A DNA stretch of 64,000 nucleotides, from IMG/VR virus record IMGVR_UViG_3300044998_000260, positions 21,309 to 85,308 of that record, one strand, 5' to 3'. The notes under the pieces are model-generated. The model made no database searches. It had not been told where the DNA came from and saw only the letters and a program-made list of their open reading frames with translations. Positions 55,887 to 64,000 of the stretch are shown one piece after another; position 1 is the stretch's first letter, and every line of letters begins with the position of its first letter. Both the position numbers and the translations under genes were made by a program. The stretch comes from a virus.

Positions 55887-56280
55887 TATGTTTCGGACGC
55901 CGGCGAGCAGCAGATCGGCATATCTTCAGCTTCCTGATATGGCAGATCCGACAGCAAGTTAATGCGAGTGACCATTTTGACTGGTGTTTGTGGAGGGGGC
56001 TGCGGGCGCAACCCCAGTTATTCGTTCCACGGATCATCGCTCGGCGGCGAAAGATCATTCAGGTCGCTGAGCAGGTGCTTATGGGTCAACGAAGGTTGTT
56101 ACACGGATGTTACATGTCGGGCAAACGATTCCAGGTCGTGCCACCGCGACACGACCTGGAGGTGTATCAACTGAAGGGATGGGTTCCTGTCCGTCACACT
56201 CCCCGGCGGTCTAACGACCGTGCCTTTAGGCTACTTCGGATTATCCATCCGTCTGTGGCGACAGTTGATTACGAACGCGA

Positions 56281-56574
56281 TTATCGCTTCACGAACGTCC
56301 GAGCCAGTGCAACCGCCTGCGACTCGACCTCGGCATCGACGATGGTTGCGGCCACGCCGAGCTGTGCGAGAACCTGCTCGAGCTGAGTCTTGATATCGCC
56401 GTTGAGCTTCGCCACCTCGGCAGTCAGAGTCTCACGCGCCTTCTCGAAAGAACGGGCGATCTTCTCGGCCGAGCGGATCTGCGCGGTAATCGACTTACGC
56501 TCCTGCACCGTGCGCTTGCGAGCCATCGCCTTGGCCGACGGAGCCTTCACGGTCTTTGCAGCCTTTGCGGTCAT
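56281..56574 (-). CDS. Lys/Ala-rich coiled-coil protein
   Basis: AGAGGA RBS. Confidence 0.65.
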   Translation of the reverse strand: MTAKAAKTVKAPSAKAMARKRTVQERKSITAQIRSAEKIARSFEKARETLTAEVAKLNGDIKTQLEQVLAQLGVAATIVDAEVESQAVALARTFVKR

Positions 56575-56838
56575 GTTCGTTTTCCTCTTTTGAGTTGGGT
56601 TTTGTCTAATCGGAAGGTGACGGGGGTTTTTACGCTTTGTGAGGCGACCCGTCAACCATTTCGATTTTGTTTTCGTCAGTCATTACACTATAATAATACC
56701 CCAATCCCCCAACACAATCAAGCCCCTTTTTGCGGTGTTACAATTCCGTTACATGCCGCCCGCCAACGAAAAAGGGTCAAGTCCATTTCTGGACTCGGCC
56801 CTTTTTCTGCCCCAACCCGATTGGGGACTCCTTGGTGA

Positions 56839-57948
56839 TTACGCCGTGACCGGAACGCCGCCGAGATCGCGAATCTCATTCTCGATGCGAGCGATCTTGT
56901 CTGCGAGGCGACCACTTTCCTCGGCGAGTTCTCCGATCTCGTTCTCCATGTCGTTGGCCTCATCCTCGAGCGCCGGCGCATCACCGCCGAGATCGTTGAT
57001 CCTCGCGATGCGGTCGTAAAGGTCATCGAGGTCGGACTGCATCGACTCAATCTCACGGTCTACTTCCGACTGGCGTTCGAGCCAACCCTTGAGCACTTCG
57101 TTCTTGCGCTGGATTTCACTCTCCGACCAACGACTCTCACTAACATCCGTGCTGTTCGTCACGCCGAGATCGCTGTTGGTATACACCTCACGCTTCGGCA
57201 GCGGGCCACCCCGACCCGTGATTTCCGCGATGATCTCGTAACGCCACGTGCGACCCTTCTGATTGTTGTAATCGCTCGGGATGGCGACAACATCGGCGGG
57301 ATTGATCTTCATCACGACAAGGCGAAGGTTCACCCCATCAATCGTGCCAGCCCACGTGCTCGCATATTCGTAACTGGCGAAATGCAGACCCGTCGAGCAC
57401 GTGCGGTCGCGATCATCGTCAACCGCCTGACGCGGCATCTGGACCACGCTACCAACCGTGTTGAGGATGGTGCCGGAGTGAATGTCCTTGTAGTCTCCAC
57501 GCACGCTCTTGTAGGCGATGATATCACCATCAGCGTGGATCATGAAGTTGTTGGCGACGCAGAACAGCAAGAGTTCGTCCTGTGCAGCAACTCGCGGGTT
57601 CTGGCGAACCTTGCGCAGGAAGTTGTAAATCGGTTCGGCGGGCTGACCCTCGGCAATCATGTTGAGCACCTTTTCAGTCACTTCAAAGGTGAACGGCTTA
57701 CCATCCAGCGCGAGGAAGTCACCGATCATCGTGAAACCAGGAGCGTTCACGGAACCGACATAACGGTTGACCGCGCTGCGAACATCGAGCAGTGCCGGAA
57801 TCTTGTCGAAATCGGACGCAGCGATGGCATCCTTGACGGCCTGGAAGTTAGGATGATCGTTCGGCGCAACCAACACCTGACCATCAATAAAGATGGTAAT
57901 GCCGGTGTCGGTGACGATCATCGGAGGAACAGCGTTCGTTGCAGTCAT
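56839..57948 (-). CDS. rIIB: rIIB-like protein
   Basis: IIAYKSVR.DYKDIHSG..VDDDRDRTCSTGLH..INPADVVAIPSDYN. Confidence 0.9.
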   Translation of the reverse strand: MTATNAVPPMIVTDTGITIFIDGQVLVAPNDHPNFQAVKDAIAASDFDKIPALLDVRSAVNRYVGSVNAPGFTMIGDFLALDGKPFTFEVTEKVLNMIAEGQPAEPIYNFLRKVRQNPRVAAQDELLLFCVANNFMIHADGDIIAYKSVRGDYKDIHSGTILNTVGSVVQMPRQAVDDDRDRTCSTGLHFASYEYASTWAGTIDGVNLRLVVMKINPADVVAIPSDYNNQKGRTWRYEIIAEITGRGGPLPKREVYTNSDLGVTNSTDVSESRWSESEIQRKNEVLKGWLERQSEVDREIESMQSDLDDLYDRIARINDLGGDAPALEDEANDMENEIGELAEESGRLADKIARIENEIRDLGGVPVTA

Positions 57949-58180
57949 CTTGAGTATCCTCTTTTGGGGTTTCCGTTCGGGTTGGGTTACTTTCTAAATC
58001 TACACAATAACAACTTTTTCGTCAAGCCCTCTGATCCAATCAAAAGACGCCTTCTGGTCGTATAGTATGAACATACCCCATTCTCGGCAGAATGGAAGGG
58101 GTCAAAACCGTCTGTTACACGGTCGTTACACGCCGCCATCGGCCCCACCGAAAAATCTAGTGGGGCCGATGATTTACAGT

Positions 58181-60331
58181 TTACCGATTAGTGATGTAAT
58201 CGGTAATCTGATCCTTATACTGGTAAAACGGGTTTTGCGTTCCACCGTAGCCGAAACCTGACGCAGGTGCAATGCCGATCATCACGCCGATCATCGGATA
58301 CTTGGCAATGATCTTGTCCAACATCGTCTGCAATGACGGCACGATGTTGTTATCAACGGTCGGCCATTCCACGTTGAGGCCCAGACGACGCGAAGATGAA
58401 GAAATCTTCTGTGCGATCAAAAGGTTCTCGTTCATCTTCACCTTGTTGACCTGGGCGAGTTCGGCGTGGAAATCCGCGAAATCGGCGAGGATGCCAACCG
58501 CGTCGATAATCTTGCGCATCATCACCATTGGCCGCGTGATCTCACGCTGGAACCGCACGGCAGCGGCCGGGTCGGCATCAATCAACTTCTGCGCGGCGTC
58601 CTTCAGCGTCGGAATGAGCGGCTTCCACTCCGAAGCGTCAAACGTTGATACTTCGTTGTGCTTGATACCATACAACTGCTTGACTTCAATCTTGAGATCA
58701 CGGGCAATGGTGAGCAGTTCACGAACGTCCGAAGCGTCGAACGATGCAGGCACCCAACGCTTGCTGTGGACATCCTGATGCAGCTCGAGGTAGTAGAACG
58801 GTCCACCAGTCGGCACGTTCACACGAGCACCCCATGTCTTACCACCGTCGAAACGATAGAGTGCGTCGTTACCCTTCTGACCAGCAGGCAGCTTCACCTT
58901 GCCGCTCACCTGCGAAGCCAACAGAATGTCGTTCACAGGGAACCCGCCGAAGAAATCACTGAGCTGCTGCTTCGTCAACTTCGTCTTCACAAGAACAACG
59001 TGACCGATGGTATGCCCATACTTGAGCGTCCGCCCCGCTCGCGGGGTGCGATTCACAAGGTGCGTGTAGCAGTATCCCTTTGCGACGCGGGCGGCACCCT
59101 TCGTCAGGTCATCAATCATCAGGTACGTATGCTGGTTCGGAGCCAGTCGCATCGTTGCGCCGGACTGCTCTTCTGGCGTTCCGTGAACCGTGCTGCTGAC
59201 ACCGTAGCAACTGATCTCCGCCGTATCGTCGAGCGCCAGAAGTTCTTCGGCCGTGCGCACGACGCCGCGCGTCGTATCAATCTCTTTACCACGATACCAG
59301 ACCGACTTCACAACATCACGAAGCCCTCGCAGCGTGTTCATATTCTGAAACTGCGCGTGCGCTGCCCACTCCGTCGGCGCGTTATCAATCGTGCGAGACA
59401 CTACCGCGCCGAGATCACGCACCATTGCGTCGAACGCGGCCTTCACGGAGGCAATCGTGCGATCCGTATACTTCAGGTCATCACGTGACGGCACAATGTC
59501 CACGGTGCCAATCGGCACATACAGATCAACGTTGTTCTGTAGCAGATTCCATCCGCTGAGATCACACTGCTGTACGTCAACATCGTAGGGCACATTGCCC
59601 ATAATGATACGGGTGCGCCCCCACCGTCGCCAGTCATGCGATCCGCTGATATCGATACCATATCCGTTGCCGGAAATGATATACGTCGGCTTCGTGATCG
59701 GCTCATCGGCATTGAGCACAACGATGTCCATCGGGAAGTATGGCACATACTTACGGGCTGCCACGTGAACGTCCTGCACGTGCTCACGACGGATCGGAAT
59801 GCGAATCGTGACGCCGTTCGCTTCCCTCGTCGGCACGGTCGTTACGTGCGTGATGTTCGGAATGCCGTCTTCGCCAACAAACGCCATGAACGTCATCAGC
59901 TCGCCATTGTAGCGGCTTTCAATCGTCCACTGCTGACCGTTGTTGTAGCAGAACGCCGTCTTGCTGCCGAGGCCGAAGCCACCGACTTCGTCGTTGTTGT
60001 CGTTCTTCGTGGAGTTACCATACTGGGAATACACTTCCCAAACAGTCTCGAAGCTCATGCCGACGCCGTAATCCTTGAACACAAGGAACGGCGACAACGC
60101 CGTGGGCAGGTGAAGTTCGCACGGCGTATAGGTTGCGTTCGGGTTCTTGCGCTTGAGTGCGAGCCACGCATCGTACATGTTCGTGGTGTATTCACGAACC
60201 ATAGCATCGACGGGGTTCTTGTAAAGGCCGCTGAGCACGGACATAATGTGCGCACCGACCTTGACGGTAAACTCGCGCTGCGCCTTCATGCCAGCCACGG
60301 TGGCATTTCGCTTTTCGGTGATAATCTGCAT
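58181..60331 (-). CDS. rIIA: rIIA-like protein (GHKL ATPase N-terminus)
   Basis: LYKNP..VREYTTN..DYGVGMS..STK..GGFGLGSK. Confidence 0.9.
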   Translation of the reverse strand: MQIITEKRNATVAGMKAQREFTVKVGAHIMSVLSGLYKNPVDAMVREYTTNMYDAWLALKRKNPNATYTPCELHLPTALSPFLVFKDYGVGMSFETVWEVYSQYGNSTKNDNNDEVGGFGLGSKTAFCYNNGQQWTIESRYNGELMTFMAFVGEDGIPNITHVTTVPTREANGVTIRIPIRREHVQDVHVAARKYVPYFPMDIVVLNADEPITKPTYIISGNGYGIDISGSHDWRRWGRTRIIMGNVPYDVDVQQCDLSGWNLLQNNVDLYVPIGTVDIVPSRDDLKYTDRTIASVKAAFDAMVRDLGAVVSRTIDNAPTEWAAHAQFQNMNTLRGLRDVVKSVWYRGKEIDTTRGVVRTAEELLALDDTAEISCYGVSSTVHGTPEEQSGATMRLAPNQHTYLMIDDLTKGAARVAKGYCYTHLVNRTPRAGRTLKYGHTIGHVVLVKTKLTKQQLSDFFGGFPVNDILLASQVSGKVKLPAGQKGNDALYRFDGGKTWGARVNVPTGGPFYYLELHQDVHSKRWVPASFDASDVRELLTIARDLKIEVKQLYGIKHNEVSTFDASEWKPLIPTLKDAAQKLIDADPAAAVRFQREITRPMVMMRKIIDAVGILADFADFHAELAQVNKVKMNENLLIAQKISSSSRRLGLNVEWPTVDNNIVPSLQTMLDKIIAKYPMIGVMIGIAPASGFGYGGTQNPFYQYKDQITDYITNR

Positions 60332-60487
60332 GTCGAATCCGTTTCGGGTTGGGTTCGTTTCGTATGGTATGAACATACCCCCATTCTCGACAGAATGGAA
60401 GGGGTCAAAACCGTCTGTTACACGGTCGTTACACACCGCCTCGACCCCACTAGAAAATCTAGTGGGGCCGATTTTGCCGATTTACAA

Positions 60488-60757
60488 TTACGATTCCTGC
60501 GGCTGCGGGGCCTGGGGCTGTGACGCCGCCTTGGTGCTACCCTTCGGGCGACCACGGAACGTCTGCTCAAGACGAGAGGCACCGACCACGACTCGTGCGC
60601 CTCGCAACGTCTCAAGCGACGCATCCTGCACCTTGCAGCGCCACGATCCGTTTTCCTCCTGCTTGAGAATCACAACGCGAGTACCAGCGGGAACCAGTTC
60701 GCCGCTAACGGTAGAAACGGCACGGGTGACGCGAAGAACCTGAGCACGCTTGAACAT
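60488..60757 (-). CDS. hypothetical protein
   Basis: AGGAG RBS. Confidence 0.65.
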   Translation of the reverse strand: MFKRAQVLRVTRAVSTVSGELVPAGTRVVILKQEENGSWRCKVQDASLETLRGARVVVGASRLEQTFRGRPKGSTKAASQPQAPQPQES

Positions 60758-60790
60758 ATGGTTTTCTCCTGTTGAGTGGGGTTGGGTTGA

Positions 60791-61090
60791 TTAGATTGCG
60801 AAACGCGCATAGCGCTCAATTTGGCAAATATACAATTCAATTTGCAAATCCGAATCGTTGTCGCCGCGACTCACGAGCGCTTTGACCATCACATCACCAG
60901 AGCACACGAAGTACTGCCGAACATCATCGGGGTCACTGAGTTCGCGCACGAGATTGTTGCGATCTCGCTCGATATTGTCGATGAGACAGTTAGCCATATC
61001 CAACACGACATCGTTGCCGAGGCGCACCGCATCACGCGGGGGAACGGCAACGCTCCTGCTACTTCCAACCTTCACACGAAAGTTATTCAT
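60791..61090 (-). CDS. hypothetical protein
   Basis: ORF. Confidence 0.6.
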   Translation of the reverse strand: MNNFRVKVGSSRSVAVPPRDAVRLGNDVVLDMANCLIDNIERDRNNLVRELSDPDDVRQYFVCSGDVMVKALVSRGDNDSDLQIELYICQIERYARFAI

Positions 61091-61103
61091 GGTGGCCCCT
61101 TGT

Positions 61104-61862
61104 TTAGTTCTGAACGAAACCGCTATCGTCCTTTTTCGCCTTGCCCTTCGCCTTCAGACCGACAATGACACCCTTCGGGTCCAGGAACCGCAGGTCCGTT
61201 GCGTCGCCGTCGATCACGGGCACACTAAGGAACACCTTGGGCACCGTGCGGAACACCGCAGCAACGTTCATACCGTTGGCGAGCGCCCGCTCGGCGTCGG
61301 CAAGATTGCTCTCGGCCAGCGAGAACGTCAGGTGGTAGTTAGCGGGCAGATCGCGACGGTTGGCGATTTTCGTATAATCGTAAAACTGCACATTCGGAAA
61401 CATCGCCATAATGTTGTCGAAACCGTCAACCTTCACCGTTTCCCAACGAATGTCGCTCGTGCCGTTCAGACGAAACACGGGAGTCAGGTTATACTTCGCG
61501 GCACGCTTGATCGCCGCCTTGACTTCCTTCACCAGTTGCGCCATAAACGCCGCACGATTCTCGAAGAAAAATCGGGTGCGGGCGATGCGGGCAAGTTGAA
61601 TCTTATTCGTGATCCGACCGTCCATAATGGCCTGTACCAGGTCGGCACCTGACAGAACGCCCGTCGCGTGACCAGCGAACAGTCCGCCACGCCCCGCCGT
61701 ATTGAGGCACGCAGCGGCGCAACCCTTCGTCGCCATCGGGCACGTATTGTATCCCGACATACGGCTCGGGGCCAGGTGGAGAATGTTAGTCAGGTAACCC
61801 TGAGACTGGCCCTTGGCAACCTTGGGGTTGCCCGTCGTGAGAAGCTTGATCGTGTTGGTCAT
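61104..61862 (-). CDS. GP88-like protein
   Basis: TCPMATKGCAAACLNTAGRG, RLNGTSDIRW, FYDYTK, YHLTFS. Confidence 0.8.
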   Translation of the reverse strand: MTNTIKLLTTGNPKVAKGQSQGYLTNILHLAPSRMSGYNTCPMATKGCAAACLNTAGRGGLFAGHATGVLSGADLVQAIMDGRITNKIQLARIARTRFFFENRAAFMAQLVKEVKAAIKRAAKYNLTPVFRLNGTSDIRWETVKVDGFDNIMAMFPNVQFYDYTKIANRRDLPANYHLTFSLAESNLADAERALANGMNVAAVFRTVPKVFLSVPVIDGDATDLRFLDPKGVIVGLKAKGKAKKDDSGFVQN

Positions 61863-61972
61863 ACAATAATAATAACACTTCCCGACAGAATAACAAGCCC
61901 CCTAGGCGGTTGTTACAATTCCGTTACACATCGGCCGGACATTACATTTGTGACATTACCACAATCCATTTA

Positions 61973-62602
61973 TCAGATCGAAGCGGATGCCACAAATCCG
62001 ATCACAAAATGCTTTTTTCGTGGAACGGGATTTGAGAACAGGTAGATTGCATACCGCGCGCCTCTCGCGTTCATTTCCAGAAAACGCGAGAACTTCGGAT
62101 CGGCGGGCACGTCCACTGGCGGTTCCTCAATGGTAATCGCACGATTCAACTTCACCGACTTCGCGCACCATATGGTCGCCGACTGCCACCACACGGAATC
62201 TACTACGGGATTTTTCGAACGAGCATGAACGGGCCAAACTTTCGTGCCTTCTTTGAAGACTGTGGTCGTCCCATCTCCGTGTAGGTCGGACTTACACGGA
62301 GACGATATCACCGCGTAAGTCACGGTATTACCCTTTCGGGTCTTACGAATGTATCCGTGCGACTGAAGCAAACCGAACAAGTATGCGCCCCAACCTCGGG
62401 TGACCGTGTTCCCACGATTGGGACCATACACAAGTTCTTTCACGATGGTGCGACCGAAAACATCACGCAAAATATCTGCCTTCGTCGCGTGCGGGTGGGT
62501 GCGAAGATATGCCAACACCTTGTTGGCGCGGGAGTCGGGACGGGACATCGACTTACTGAGGTCCATACCGTTGGGCATGCGGAGGCGAGGAGTATTTTTC
62601 AT
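61973..62602 (-). CDS. hypothetical protein, possible winged-helix N-terminus
   Basis: VLAYLRTHPHATKADILRDVFG. Confidence 0.5.
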   Translation of the reverse strand: MKNTPRLRMPNGMDLSKSMSRPDSRANKVLAYLRTHPHATKADILRDVFGRTIVKELVYGPNRGNTVTRGWGAYLFGLLQSHGYIRKTRKGNTVTYAVISSPCKSDLHGDGTTTVFKEGTKVWPVHARSKNPVVDSVWWQSATIWCAKSVKLNRAITIEEPPVDVPADPKFSRFLEMNARGARYAIYLFSNPVPRKKHFVIGFVASASI

Positions 62603-62789
62603 AGTGTAAACATATACCATATATGAAGCAAAATCCAGTAGAGGAAACCAGTTGTTACGATTCCGTTACACACCGGTCGAGTGTCACATTTGTGACATCC
62701 TTAATAGAGAGAAGAAAACCATGCCCACACCAGAATAATAATCCGGTGTAGGCGCGGCGTCAGGGGGAATGGGAATAACCAGAAAAAGG

Positions 62790-63044
62790 TCAGTTCTCCA
62801 TATCGATATACACCCCCTGAGGGATAGCGTCGATGCGAGCCAACACGTCCGAAATATCTTCGGCGTCGTCTTCCCGGTTGTCGTTCATCTCCACCAGTTC
62901 ACCTCGTACTCGTGAAACGTCCATCAGGGTGCGGTTAGCGTCTCCCCACGTCATGTCCGAAGATTCAGCCAAAAGCTCAAAGAGATGGAGCTTGTCCCCA
63001 ACAATCTCGCTGAGATGGACGAACCGTGCAGTCTGAATGTTCAT
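62790..63044 (-). CDS. hypothetical protein
   Basis: GGAG RBS; flanked by 40-bp promoter repeats. Confidence 0.6.
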   Translation of the reverse strand: MNIQTARFVHLSEIVGDKLHLFELLAESSDMTWGDANRTLMDVSRVRGELVEMNDNREDDAEDISDVLARIDAIPQGVYIDMEN

Positions 63045-63283
63045 TCTAGCTCCGTCGAAAGAAAGGTGAAACATCGAGGCCCACACCAGAATAATAATCC
63101 GGTGTAGGCGCGGCGTCAAGGACAACGCGACTATCGGGCGCTTGTATGCAGCCCCGCCTACATTGGATTTTTTGTTACCATGTATAATACAACATTCCCT
63201 CGCCGAATACAAGGGATGACCTCGGTTGTTACATTGATGTGACACGTCGGTCGGATATCACATTTGTGACACCCTTTTACCGA

Positions 63284-63514
63284 TTATGGTTGGGGACGAT
63301 ATCGCTTGAACAGCTCGTCAACTTCATCGCTGACGCCACGCTGATCCAGCGACTCCGCCAGTCGGCGAATGGCGTTATACTGTTGGTGACCCCTCGACCA
63401 TACGCTATAATCGTCGCTGAAGTCATAATACCAGTCATGCGATTCCATCAGCTTGCGAAGGCGAATGAGATCAGCGTCGATGAGATGACGGTCGATTTCG
63501 GATTGAACGGACAC
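63284..63514 (-). CDS. hypothetical phage protein
   Basis: HDWYYDFSDD; GGAG RBS. Confidence 0.65.
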   Translation of the reverse strand: MSVQSEIDRHLIDADLIRLRKLMESHDWYYDFSDDYSVWSRGHQQYNAIRRLAESLDQRGVSDEVDELFKRYRPQP

Positions 63515-63518
63515 GATG

Positions 63519-63743
63519 TTACTCCTTAGTGAGACTGTTGACGTGGACCAAACCGAGAAAGTCGCCGTCCAACGATTCAATATGGCAGTGACCCGCCGTA
63601 TTGCACTTAGGTGCGCCAGTAAGATTCACGACGCGCACGCGCTGACCAGGTTCCGCGTCCGTCTGAGGATAGATCACATCAATCATCACAGGACGGAACA
63701 CATAAACGGACCCCGCTCGAACTCGGTTGAACCTTGCCATCAC
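63519..63743 (-). CDS. hypothetical protein
   Basis: coupled ORF. Confidence 0.6.
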   Translation of the reverse strand: MMARFNRVRAGSVYVFRPVMIDVIYPQTDAEPGQRVRVVNLTGAPKCNTAGHCHIESLDGDFLGLVHVNSLTKE

Positions 63744-63970
63744 TTCGCCCTCCGCACGACGATGTCAGCGGGATAACCGTCGTGCTCGATAAGCGAGCGC
63801 CGCACTTCCTCGACAGTCATCTTCGGGTGTTCCGAATAGAAAACGGTGTCGATGCACCGCGTCGAGGAACCGCCGAAAAGATCACGTTCGGTGCGGAACA
63901 CGTCAAACGCTTGATTGCGGATCAGCTTTGCCATCGTGCTGTTCTCCATAGAGGTTGGAATCGCTTTCAC
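63740..63970 (-). CDS. hypothetical protein
   Basis: coupled ORF. Confidence 0.6.
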   Translation of the reverse strand: MKAIPTSMENSTMAKLIRNQAFDVFRTERDLFGGSSTRCIDTVFYSEHPKMTVEEVRRSLIEHDGYPADIVVRRAK

Positions 63971-64000
63971 AATGTATAATATAACAGTCGCTCGCCGAAT

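Larger units (their letters stand above)
45925..63244. promoter_or_regulatory. dispersed TGTAAC-N5-TGTAAC boxes (14 counted) upstream of early-type promoters
   Basis: 45925,50252(+),52269,52710,53262,54318,55464,56098,56737,58114,60417,61912,62654,63228. Confidence 0.85.

Noticed and set aside
57382-60523. Long plus-strand ORFs
   Set aside because: Antisense shadows of GC-rich rIIA/rIIB
1-64000. Genome-wide TAG recoding
   Set aside because: Long genes are intact in the standard code and TAG ends genes at 12218, 19341 and 25082; only one in-frame TAG case found

Overview
64-kb segment of a large T4-like (jumbo/huge) phage genome, almost all on the minus strand, standard genetic code. 1-9 kb: virion/baseplate module (gp6-like wedge, gp25-like) plus a gp55-like late sigma factor. 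9-25 kb: lysozyme-like gene, IMPDH/GMPR split by a naturally split intein, glycosyltransferases, UvsE, Hsp20, AAA ATPase, HD/RelA-SpoT-HD/MazG/metallophosphoesterase genes and a tmRNA. 23-38 kb: array of about 50 tRNA/tRNA-like genes covering all 20 amino acids plus an amber suppressor, invaded by HNH endonucleases and interleaved with structured RNAs: a hammerhead ribozyme whose cleavage site is exactly the 5' end of tRNA-Tyr, a 195-nt RNase P RNA, GOLLD-like and ROOL-like RNAs, a group I intron, a circularly permuted tRNA-like RNA and two rearranged Ile(GAU)-like RNAs. 38-46 kb: small hypothetical genes, a DarG-like macrodomain and a 12/17-bp tandem array. 46-64 kb: visibly GC-richer early-type region of short cassettes behind repeated promoters with a TGTAAC-N5-TGTAAC box, a plus-strand glycan island, LspA-like, rIIA/rIIB and GP88-like genes. 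All calls are from manual reading; no searches were run and family names rest on recalled motifs.
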